Positions 26,467 through 33,838 of a DNA stretch of 39,617 nt are shown in pieces. Below the pieces are notes generated by a model. The model saw only the letters and a list, made by a program, of their open reading frames with translations. It was not told the origin of the DNA and ran no database searches. A program made the translations under genes and the position numbers. Every line of letters starts with the position of its first letter. Within the stretch, counting starts at the first letter, position 1. Origin of the DNA: a virus (Duplodnaviria; Caudoviricetes); IMG/VR virus record IMGVR_UViG_3300037420_002500, positions 1 through 39,617 of that record; one strand, written 5' to 3'.

Positions 26467-29010
26467 ATGGCTACAGTTGGACAGCAATTAACCGCCCCTG
26501 AACCGGGGTGGAAAAGATATGATGATACGGACTCAGCTTTTGTATACGGTGGGCCTACTGGGGCTGTTTGGACACGACAAACGTTAGCTGGTTTATACAA
26601 CTCTACTCAGACTTATGCTGGAACATCGGGAGGAACTATACGCTTTGATTTTATCGGTACAAAGCTTAGAATCATTCAAGCAAGGTACTCCGATGAAGAC
26701 CCTAATATGCAAGTTGATATTGACGGAACTATCTACAATTATAGTGCCCAAGGTACTCCCAATCAGCTTCAAACTTTAACATTCGAGAAAACAGGTCTTA
26801 GCAACTCTAGACATACGGTAACGATCAGTAAGTCCGTTAACGCAGTATACTTTAGGTTTGACGCACTTGACATCGACTCTACAGGGAGACTTCTTCATCC
26901 TAGTGAAGTTACCGACCCTACAGACCTTGTAGTAGGTAAACGCATTCGTGCTAACTATGTTGCTACCTCGGGCGCTGTTGGTAACTTTAGCGGCTTAGGG
27001 AAAGAAACCGCCAACTTTATCCCTGCCACCACGCCCGCTGCGCCTAATGGAGATTTTTACTTTATCCATGCCTATACCGACTACGCCGGAAGAAAGGCAC
27101 TTCTCCCTGATCGAAATATCCAGAGTACAATTGCATGGGATACATTGAATACGGCGGGTATAGCGTCAGGAAGCGGATTACTCCTCGATCTAGTTAATGC
27201 TGTTCCAACCATGACTTCTAATACTTCTCCTAGAGGTACAGTAAGAGCGAGTGATGAATTAAACGCTACTTATGTGGCATGGAAAGCTTTCGATGGACAG
27301 CTTTCGACAGAATGGGCACCGAATGGAACTACCGGATGGTTGGAGTATGAGTTTACTACTCCTCAAATCATCACTCGATATGTCTTACAATGCGCTCAGG
27401 CAGATATCCAATTCTACCCGAAAGATTGGACAATAGAGGCATGGAATGGAAGTACGTGGGTCGTACTTGATACACGAACAAATATCACTTCTTGGGCTAG
27501 TACTACGGAATTAAAATCCTTTAGTATGGCGAACACAACGGCTTATACTCGGTACCGTATTAATGTTAGTGCTAACGGTGGCCGTGAGTTTCTTTCCATC
27601 GGTACTTTCCAAATGTTCGCTTCGTTAGCCCCTAATAACTTATCTACCATTCGTTTACTTACTGGTGGTGTATCTTCTACAGATAAAGACAACGAATGGG
27701 ATACGTACATTGTTAATTCTACTCTAAACGGAACCATCACCGCTGGAGACAATAATGTTTGGAATTGGAGTGGCGTGGCTTCTTGGGCATCCACCACAAT
27801 CCAGAGTGCTACGGGTGCTTCAAGTAATAGGGTTTTCCGGGGAAATGCGGCCTCAAATACTTTCAACTATGGGTTATCGAGTACCGCTAATACTACAACG
27901 GGTTTCCGCCCGGTGCTTTTAATTGAACCCGTATCCTCACCATCCATAACACATCAGGGTGAGGGTGTAGCACAAGGCGTAGCAACAAGTACGGCAACAG
28001 CGGGTTTAGAGTTAAATGGCGGAACGGCTTCTATGGTGGGGGTAGCTTCCTTTACGGCGGACGCTACGGTAATTGATCTACCTATCATTGGGGAGGCCAA
28101 CCCCATTATTGGAACCGGGATTTTTACGGCGAATGGGGATATTGTTCCTAAAGAGCCTGTTTTACACCTTGGTTCAGCTTCTATGGTTGGCGTTTCCCAA
28201 TTCTCCGCCGCCCCTACCGTGCTTATAACTGCTGAGTCTGAGGCTATTGGAGTTTCCACCGCCACCGCCGATTCTTCGGTTTTCCAAACGGGTACCCCAC
28301 AGTCTATAATTGGTGCGGGTGTTTTCTCCGCCGTTGGGTACGTAGAGGGCGTTAATACGGCTGATATTATTGGAGTGGCTCGTTTCACGGCCGATGGGAA
28401 TGTTATAAAATCTGGGGCCGGGGAAATGATCGGAGCAAGTATCTTCTGGGCGGATGGTACAAAAGAGGCTTTAGCCGAAGCTCATATGACTGGTGTTTCC
28501 CTCTTTACAGCAGAAGGTACGGCGGAGTTCTTTGGAGAGGCATCTTTCATTGGTGTATCTGTAGTGGAATTTATCCAAGGTACGCCTCTATTCCATACTA
28601 TCTTGCTTACGGCTTCCCGCCGCCTGTATACCCGGTTGAAAGGAGGGTTTCCTGTGTCAATTGAACATCCAGCCTTTAACCATTTCATCGGGGATTCCGG
28701 CATCCTCCGTATAACGGCAGTTAAGAATGATGATGTCGAAGAAGGGGTTTTAGACCTCTCCGGCGCAGACATCAAATGGGTTCTAAAACGTGTTTACGGT
28801 AAGGAAAACAGCCTTGTTAAATCTACCGCCGATAACACAATTAATGTCGTGGATTATGCCGAAGGGATTTTCACTATAGAACTACTCCCGGCGGATACGG
28901 CAAATCTAAAGCCCGGCACTTATGAATATGAGTGTGAAATTACGGACTTTGTTGGGCATGTCAGTACGGTAATGACCGGACAAATTGTTTTGAAATCGAG
29001 CATTACTTAG
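26467..29010 (+). CDS. Large adhesin/fibre: discoidin + lectin-like scaffold + repetitive shaft + BppU-like C-terminal domain
   Basis: AWKAFDG, GWLEYEF, PKDWTIEA, GFRPVL, IG.xxFTAxG repeats, C-terminal DLSGA.IKW...GIFTIEL.PADT..L.PG.YEYE. Confidence 0.75.
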   Translation: MATVGQQLTAPEPGWKRYDDTDSAFVYGGPTGAVWTRQTLAGLYNSTQTYAGTSGGTIRFDFIGTKLRIIQARYSDEDPNMQVDIDGTIYNYSAQGTPNQLQTLTFEKTGLSNSRHTVTISKSVNAVYFRFDALDIDSTGRLLHPSEVTDPTDLVVGKRIRANYVATSGAVGNFSGLGKETANFIPATTPAAPNGDFYFIHAYTDYAGRKALLPDRNIQSTIAWDTLNTAGIASGSGLLLDLVNAVPTMTSNTSPRGTVRASDELNATYVAWKAFDGQLSTEWAPNGTTGWLEYEFTTPQIITRYVLQCAQADIQFYPKDWTIEAWNGSTWVVLDTRTNITSWASTTELKSFSMANTTAYTRYRINVSANGGREFLSIGTFQMFASLAPNNLSTIRLLTGGVSSTDKDNEWDTYIVNSTLNGTITAGDNNVWNWSGVASWASTTIQSATGASSNRVFRGNAASNTFNYGLSSTANTTTGFRPVLLIEPVSSPSITHQGEGVAQGVATSTATAGLELNGGTASMVGVASFTADATVIDLPIIGEANPIIGTGIFTANGDIVPKEPVLHLGSASMVGVSQFSAAPTVLITAESEAIGVSTATADSSVFQTGTPQSIIGAGVFSAVGYVEGVNTADIIGVARFTADGNVIKSGAGEMIGASIFWADGTKEALAEAHMTGVSLFTAEGTAEFFGEASFIGVSVVEFIQGTPLFHTILLTASRRLYTRLKGGFPVSIEHPAFNHFIGDSGILRITAVKNDDVEEGVLDLSGADIKWVLKRVYGKENSLVKSTADNTINVVDYAEGIFTIELLPADTANLKPGTYEYECEITDFVGHVSTVMTGQIVLKSSIT

Positions 29011-29011
29011 A

Positions 29012-29041
29012 TTGACAAGCCCCACTTATTGGTATTATACT
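29012..29041 (+). promoter_or_regulatory. Sigma-A-type promoter
   Basis: TTGACA (29012-29017), 18-bp spacer, TATACT (29036-29041). Confidence 0.7.
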
Positions 29042-29047
29042 AGGTAT

Positions 29048-29197
29048 AAGTTGAAGTAATCGGTTTAGGCTCCGATGAAATAACTTTCCTGATAACTAGG
29101 TGCGCCTGCTGCTCATCCAGTTCATCAGTAGCCCACCGACCCCATGAGGCGGCAAATATCATGTGTTGGCCCCGGGCAAATCCGGGGTGTTTCATTT
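29048..29197 (+). ncRNA. Candidate structured leader RNA/sRNA upstream of queD
   Basis: Consecutive hairpins directly after the promoter, ending in CCCCGG/CCGGGG + TGTTTCATTT; no ORF. Confidence 0.45.
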
Positions 29198-29246
29198 GTG
29201 CCCCTTGTTTACATAGGTGGTATCACACCGTTTAGGAGGACTCGCT

Positions 29247-29669
29247 ATGCTACAACAATTCTTTCCTCAGCCGCCTTATAAGGGATATCGGTATGAGTTG
29301 AACCGCGATTTTGATTTCTCCGCCGCCCATTTTATTCCGTCTAATGACGCTGGCAAATGTCAGAACATGCACGGCCATACGTACTTTGTCAATTTAACTA
29401 TTTGCGGCGATGAATTGGACGAGTGTGGTTTCCTTGTTAATTTCTCGAAGCTAAAGAAACTTATCCACGACCGTTACGATCATACCGTAATGAACAGTCA
29501 CCCGGAATTTACACTCGGCAGGATGATGCCTTCAACAGAACGAGTGGCGGAACACATCCACAAAATTATTCAATCTTACCTCGATGTCGAATGTTCCGGG
29601 CGGTTCCTGAAATGTACTCAGGTCATTGTCCGAGAAACACCTACATCCTACGTTATCTACCGCCCATAG
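29247..29669 (+). CDS. queD: 6-carboxy-5,6,7,8-tetrahydropterin synthase QueD
   Basis: FSAAHF, C.NMHGHTY, VNFSKLK, DH..N, PSTE.VA, VRETPTS; Bacillus-type N-terminus; SD AGGAGG. Confidence 0.95.
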   Translation: MLQQFFPQPPYKGYRYELNRDFDFSAAHFIPSNDAGKCQNMHGHTYFVNLTICGDELDECGFLVNFSKLKKLIHDRYDHTVMNSHPEFTLGRMMPSTERVAEHIHKIIQSYLDVECSGRFLKCTQVIVRETPTSYVIYRP

Positions 29670-29680
29670 GAGGAACTATA

Positions 29681-29818
29681 ATGCTACCTTGGATGATATG
29701 TCTAAGTTTCCTACTGACTATATTTATGGGCCTTTCATGTAATGCCAGACACAAAACTCTATACTTGATCGGAATTGGATTTTGTATCTTTATGGGCGGA
29801 ATAAGCCTACTTAAATAA
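29681..29818 (+). CDS. Small membrane protein (45 aa, two hydrophobic segments)
   Basis: SD AGGAGG before ATG 29681. Confidence 0.7.
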   Translation: MLPWMICLSFLLTIFMGLSCNARHKTLYLIGIGFCIFMGGISLLK

Positions 29819-29835
29819 TAGGAGGACAAAGAATT

Positions 29836-30519
29836 ATGACAAGGCTCCCTTTAGCAGTACAACAACTCTTGGCGGAAATGGGTTTGAACAACCATCTACA
29901 GGCTCAAGAGGCGGTAAGCCGATTCAGCCACGTTCCGCCGGATGTCGTGAAGAAAGGCTTGGCTCGGAAGATGACCCCGTACTTGGAAGAAGTAATATCC
30001 TTCGAGGAAGTAAAACTCGTTGAAATGAAACGGTATTCTGTGCCTGAGTATCCTTCTATCATAGGTGAAGATGATCGTATTACTTACCGGGCGGAGGCTA
30101 TCGTCTTTAGCCCTGAGCAATTCACGGAATTTCTCTCCCGCCTTGTAGGACAAGACCTCTCCGAAGATCATATAATGACGGATTGGGAACCTAAAGACGT
30201 TACCAAGCATGATGCCAAAAGAGGTCAATTATGTGCTTGCCCGCGTTGTCGGGAGGGCGGGTTTGATCTTCAAATGGTTTTCTACCCGCCGTTCCAGCCT
30301 GTTCTTCCTATCGGCCCGGAAACTTTAATCCCCGACCCGGAGGAACGTGTCCCTATTCACAAGGTTACCTTTGAACTGAACAAATTCTGGACAGGCTACC
30401 GCCGGGATTATGTTTATCGGAGGACTTTGGCTCCCAACCAACACATCCCGACATGGCTACGGGATAAACTCCTAAAGGATTACGGCCCGCAGATATTCAA
30501 TGGGCGGGGAGGATACTAA
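29836..30519 (+). CDS. Hypothetical protein with CxCxxC motif
   Basis: SD AGGAGG; 227 aa; CACPRC. Confidence 0.75.
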   Translation: MTRLPLAVQQLLAEMGLNNHLQAQEAVSRFSHVPPDVVKKGLARKMTPYLEEVISFEEVKLVEMKRYSVPEYPSIIGEDDRITYRAEAIVFSPEQFTEFLSRLVGQDLSEDHIMTDWEPKDVTKHDAKRGQLCACPRCREGGFDLQMVFYPPFQPVLPIGPETLIPDPEERVPIHKVTFELNKFWTGYRRDYVYRRTLAPNQHIPTWLRDKLLKDYGPQIFNGRGGY

Positions 30520-30797
30520 TGACACTTAAACGTTTATGGTTACTTAATTTGTTGTTGGCTTTAGGCTTAATTGTTTCTTTGGTTGGCTGTAATACCGTCA
30601 CCCGGCGGATGGGCGGAACCCAAACCGTTGATCTTCCTAAAGGTCAAAAGTTTATCGAGGCTACTTGGAAAGATGATAGCCTTTGGTACACGACCCGGCC
30701 GATGCGAGAAAGTGAAACGGCGGAGACATTTACTTTCCAAGAAAGCAGTAACATGGGAGTTCTCGAAGGTAAGGTTATTTTCAAAGAAAGTAAATGA
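30519..30797 (+). CDS. Putative lipoprotein
   Basis: Signal peptide with lipobox LVG-C; coupled to the previous gene via TAATG. Confidence 0.8.
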   Translation: MTLKRLWLLNLLLALGLIVSLVGCNTVTRRMGGTQTVDLPKGQKFIEATWKDDSLWYTTRPMRESETAETFTFQESSNMGVLEGKVIFKESK

Positions 30798-30830
30798 TTG
30801 GCCTCATACCAAATAAAAGGAGCGATCACT

Positions 30831-31124
30831 ATGAGCTTTGACTATGGCAGCCGCCGCCCGGATGGGCAATTCGAGAACCACCCTACGAATACTACAGGAG
30901 AATATGTAGCCCCTATCCGCCGCACATACCTTCATACGTGCGGGGTAGCTACTAAAATCGGTACGGCAATCGCGGAAACTTATGCGAAGAATCCCAAGAT
31001 GTACGGCCGGACATTTTGTGTAGGCTGTCAGGATTACTTCCCTCTACCGGAGTTTAAGTGGGATAAGGATGGCGTGACGGTTGGCGAACTCGGCGGGGAA
31101 CCGGGAAAGATACTCGAATATTAA
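30831..31124 (+). CDS. Hypothetical protein, possible Zn-binding (HxCG...CxxC)
   Basis: SD AAGGAG before ATG 30831; YLHTCG and FCVGC. Confidence 0.75.
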   Translation: MSFDYGSRRPDGQFENHPTNTTGEYVAPIRRTYLHTCGVATKIGTAIAETYAKNPKMYGRTFCVGCQDYFPLPEFKWDKDGVTVGELGGEPGKILEY

Positions 31125-31128
31125 TTTT

Positions 31129-31159
31129 AAGAGGCACCCAAATGGGTGTCTTTTCTTTT
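31129..31159 (+). terminator. Intrinsic terminator
   Basis: AGGCACCCA / TGGGTGTCT followed by TTTCTTTT. Confidence 0.8.
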
Positions 31160-31206
31160 ACCTACTTAAGAATCTAAAGGACTCACCTACTTAAGAAACT
31201 AAAGGA
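31160..31206. repeat. 22-bp direct repeat (2 copies, 25-bp period)
   Basis: ACCTACTTAAGAATCTAAAGGA (31160) and ACCTACTTAAGAAACTAAAGGA (31185), one mismatch. Confidence 0.9.
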
Positions 31207-31259
31207 ACAAAATAAACATATATTAAATAAATAAAACATTGTGGAGGTCAAGCCTAAAG

Positions 31260-31673
31260 ATGAATTATCGACAGCATTTGATATTCGGGCAACTATTGGG
31301 CGGCGGGATTCAGGTTTTAGGTCACATCGGTAGTACGAACATTTTACTATTACCGACATATTATGGCGGGGTGGCTTTAGGTTCACTACTCCCGGACATC
31401 GATCACCCGAAGTCTTTTCTTGGTTCCAAGATACCCATTATACCCCGGCTAATTTACAAGAACTTCGGGCACAGGTCAATCACTCATTCTATACTAGGAA
31501 CGGCCACGCTAGGTATCGCCACGGCTCTCAGCTTACACCAATATCCTTACTTCATTCTTGGGAATTTTATTGGGTACATTTCACACTTATTGGGGGATAT
31601 GTTGACCAAGCAAGGAATCCCTCTATTTTGGCCGTTTGAAAAGAAACGGTACAGAATATGCGCCATCTTCTAA
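31260..31673 (+). CDS. YdjM-like membrane-bound metal-dependent hydrolase
   Basis: GSLLPDIDHPKS, GHRSITHS, GYISHLLGDMLT..GIPLFWP. Confidence 0.9.
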   Translation: MNYRQHLIFGQLLGGGIQVLGHIGSTNILLLPTYYGGVALGSLLPDIDHPKSFLGSKIPIIPRLIYKNFGHRSITHSILGTATLGIATALSLHQYPYFILGNFIGYISHLLGDMLTKQGIPLFWPFEKKRYRICAIF

Positions 31674-31798
31674 TTGTGTGCATACTGTAACCCATAGGGC
31701 ATACCCATACAACCCCGCAGTTCGGCTATCCTCCGGGCCGAGGCCGGAAAAGGGGTTGTATGCTCCCTAATTTTCTAGGGAAGGAGGAATAAGCCTGT

Positions 31799-32041
31799 AT
31801 GGGTGGACATAAGAATGGTAATAATGGTAAGACTCAGAACGGGAGGGAACCGAAGATGCAATTCAACATCTTCACGGAATGTCACAATATCCATGATGAA
31901 ATGTACACGTTTGATTCCAAGTATTATGAAGAACTCCGCCGGGAAGCGTTAAGATTGGGAGCTAAACCTAAAACCTCCGCCGCCCGGCCTTTAGGGCTAC
32001 GGCTAGTCGTTGACAATACCCGGAAAAATAAGGTAGAATAA
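31799..32041 (+). CDS. Hypothetical protein (alternative start at 31856)
   Basis: SD AAGGAGG before 31799; second SD GGAGG before internal ATG. Confidence 0.65.
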   Translation: MGGHKNGNNGKTQNGREPKMQFNIFTECHNIHDEMYTFDSKYYEELRREALRLGAKPKTSAARPLGLRLVVDNTRKNKVE

Positions 32042-32165
32042 TAACAGCCGTACTTGTCGGGGAGTGACGTTCCTTTCACAAGCAAACGGGTGTGGGAGTC
32101 GTGGGTACTGGGCACTAAAGGCCACGGTGCCGCCGAATGGCAAACAGAATCAGGCTTCCAAACAG

Positions 32166-32214
32166 AGAACCTTTGGCTATGGCCTTTCGGCTGTACGGCG
32201 AAGGTTCTTTTGTT
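32166..32214 (+). terminator. Long terminator-like hairpin with a competing upstream pairing
   Basis: AGAACCTT/AAGGTTCT enclosing TATGGCC/GGCTGTA, then TTTGTT. Confidence 0.55.
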
Positions 32215-32284
32215 GTATAATGGAAGTACATCCATATGGCAGTATGGAAATACATCTGACGCGAAGCAGATGGCTCGATGAGAT

Positions 32285-32320
32285 AAACCCCTTTCCGATA
32301 TCCGCCGGAGAGGGGTTTTT
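32285..32320 (+). terminator. Intrinsic terminator
   Basis: AAACCCCTTTCCG / CGGAGAGGGGTTT followed by T-run. Confidence 0.8.
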
Positions 32321-32348
32321 ACGTTTCCTTTTAAGGGTTAACTTCTCA

Positions 32349-32378
32349 GTATACCCTCCGGCCTTTCCGGTTATACTA
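32349..32378 (+). promoter_or_regulatory. Sigma-F(/G)-consensus forespore promoter
   Basis: GTATA-N15-GGTTATACTA matches B. subtilis sigma-F consensus GYWTA-N15-GGnnAnAHTR; upstream of the SASP operon. Confidence 0.6.
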
Positions 32379-32407
32379 ACTATCGTAAGGGAGAGGAGGT
32401 CAAACAA

Positions 32408-32521
32408 ATGCAGATGGACAAAGAAAATATTTATGATGTCATGGCTGCTGATCGTAAAGCTATTGAGAAGTTGAACAAATTCCACAAACTCTTAGCTGAA
32501 CTTTACAGGAGGGCAAAATGA
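32408..32521 (+). CDS. Small protein, 37 aa (not in the ORF track)
   Basis: SD GAGGAGGT; MQMDKENIYDVMAADRKAIEKLNKFHKLLAELYRRAK*; ATGA overlap with next gene. Confidence 0.75.
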   Translation: MQMDKENIYDVMAADRKAIEKLNKFHKLLAELYRRAK

Positions 32522-32736
32522 CCATCATCGACTTCATTGTTCAAGGCATTGTTTGGACCTTCGCTATCTTGGTTGGGTTATTCGGCCCGGTGATCATCCG
32601 GGGCATCCGGTTAATCTCCCGTATTGAGCGGCGGAAAGCTAAAGCTGAAATCCGCCGGAAATTGGCTTTAGAAAGAAAGGCTCAGAGAGCAGAACTTAAA
32701 CTAATCAAAAACCAAAAACTAAAGGAGAGTGTATGA
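32518..32736 (+). CDS. Small membrane-anchored protein with basic coiled tail
   Basis: SD AGGAGG; one hydrophobic helix followed by a K/R-rich segment. Confidence 0.75.
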   Translation: MTIIDFIVQGIVWTFAILVGLFGPVIIRGIRLISRIERRKAKAEIRRKLALERKAQRAELKLIKNQKLKESV

Positions 32737-32739
32737 TTA

Positions 32740-32925
32740 ATGAAAACAAAAAACCCGCAAGTACAACAGGCTATGGCTCAATTGAAGGCAGAAGTAGCAC
32801 AGGAACTTGGAGTTCAAACAGGAGCAGATCAAACTTCCCGCGCCAACGGCTCCGTAGGCGGGGCGATGACCAAGCGACTTATTCAAATAGCGGAGAGTAC
32901 AATTACTGGCAACGGAAGGCGCTAA
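32740..32925 (+). CDS. sasP: Alpha/beta-type small acid-soluble spore protein
   Basis: [40 protein letters not shown] is the SASP signature; SD AAGGAG. Confidence 0.95.
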   Translation: MKTKNPQVQQAMAQLKAEVAQELGVQTGADQTSRANGSVGGAMTKRLIQIAESTITGNGRR

Positions 32926-33001
32926 GAGACGATCTTTTATTACTTGCTATTCTTATTCTTTTTCCAACAGTCACAATGATCTTTTATTTAATTACTGAAA
33001 C

Positions 33002-33030
33002 GACACCCTAAACGGGTGTCTTTTTCTTTT
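33002..33030 (+). terminator. Intrinsic terminator
   Basis: GACACCC / GGGTGTC followed by TTTTTCTTTT; same stem family as 31129. Confidence 0.85.
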
Positions 33031-33052
33031 GAAAAAATTTATAAAAGGACAC

Positions 33053-33082
33053 GCACCTAAATAGGCTTCCGCCCATAACTTA
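33053..33082 (+). promoter_or_regulatory. Sigma-K-consensus promoter
   Basis: GCACC-N16-CATAACTTA (consensus mACm-N16-CATAnnnTA). Confidence 0.7.
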
Positions 33083-33124
33083 TAACATAACGTTCCGGTA
33101 AACGGAAAACACGAAAGGTTGTGA

Positions 33125-33511
33125 ATGTATGGGATGGCAGGACAAAACAGAGGATTGTGCACCACAAGGAACATGCCCGGGCGGGTCTATGCCGGGCAAC
33201 CCTTCAAACATTACGATGCCCCAATCCACCATGAACACATCGATGCCCCAAACTGTAATGAGCGGGAACCCCTCAAACCTTGCGCCGAAGGGAAGGTGAG
33301 TACCATGAGCGAAACGACCCGGGCGGCGGGGCTGGAAAAGAATATCGACTCAGCCATTAAAGCAGTAAAGAAACTACAAGAAGACATCAAGGCTTTAGGA
33401 GTAAATCCAAATCTCTCCGACCTTTCAAGAAGGAAAGCCAACCTCTCCCTCGAACTTCTAGCCGCCGAAGTCCAAGAAGCACAAGAAAGTTTTATCAAAG
33501 CACCACAATAA
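33125..33511 (+). CDS. Hypothetical protein with C-terminal helical/coiled region
   Basis: SD GAAAGG; 128 aa; directly downstream of the sigma-K-like promoter. Confidence 0.65.
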   Translation: MYGMAGQNRGLCTTRNMPGRVYAGQPFKHYDAPIHHEHIDAPNCNEREPLKPCAEGKVSTMSETTRAAGLEKNIDSAIKAVKKLQEDIKALGVNPNLSDLSRRKANLSLELLAAEVQEAQESFIKAPQ

Positions 33512-33529
33512 ACCCATAGGCATACCTTA
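33500..33529 (+). promoter_or_regulatory. Sigma-K-consensus promoter
   Basis: GCACC-N16-CATACCTTA. Confidence 0.7.
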
Positions 33530-33586
33530 GTAACAACAGCGGCCCTAAAGCCGCATCCGACTGAACCGAGTTGTTACTAAGGTATG
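33521..33586. repeat. Perfect 17-bp inverted repeat
   Basis: CATACCTTAGTAACAAC (33521-33537) / GTTGTTACTAAGGTATG (33570-33586). Confidence 0.95.
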
Positions 33587-33601
33587 GGACAGGAGGACAC
33601 G

Positions 33602-33814
33602 ATGATTACGGCGACAATTGGAAGCATGTATTATATAGCGGGGATTGGAGTTGTCGGCGGAGGACTTTCTTTGATACTTCGCGTGATCGGGGCACAGGCT
33701 TTAGCAACAGTAGTCGATGTGGCTTTAGTCGCCGTAGGAGTCATGGTGGCGATTCCGATGATCGACCAACTGTTCAGCGCACTAGAAACTTTCGGTTCCC
33801 ACTTGGGCCTGTGA
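33602..33814 (+). CDS. SpoIIIAC/SpoIIIAD-like two-helix membrane protein
   Basis: IAGIGVV...L..IL...G....A..V.......MV....D.LF pattern matches SpoIIIAC as recalled; SD AGGAGG. Confidence 0.65.
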   Translation: MITATIGSMYYIAGIGVVGGGLSLILRVIGAQALATVVDVALVAVGVMVAIPMIDQLFSALETFGSHLGL

Positions 33815-33838
33815 GTTTTGTCTCAAATTTAATGGAGG

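Noticed and set aside
25369-27930. Complete diversity-generating retroelement
   Set aside because: No reverse transcriptase or template repeat in the window; the two GFRP-ending regions differ broadly rather than only at adenines.
29048-29197. Known preQ1 riboswitch, or pistol/hammerhead ribozyme
   Set aside because: The defining conserved nucleotides are missing (no preQ1-I stem with A-rich tail, no CUGAnGA core, no pistol core). Kept only as an unknown structured RNA.
32044-32214. c-di-GMP-I, SAM-I or lysine riboswitch
   Set aside because: Only short fragments (GCAAAC, GGTGCC, GCCGAA) match; the required architecture is absent.
32054-32474. ORFs 32054-32281 and 32064-32474
   Set aside because: No SD sequences; the longer one crosses a terminator and a promoter. 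The interval is better explained by RNA structure plus the 32408 ORF.
32733-33011. 92-aa ORF overlapping the SASP gene
   Set aside because: It is an alternative frame of an unambiguous SASP and runs into the terminator.
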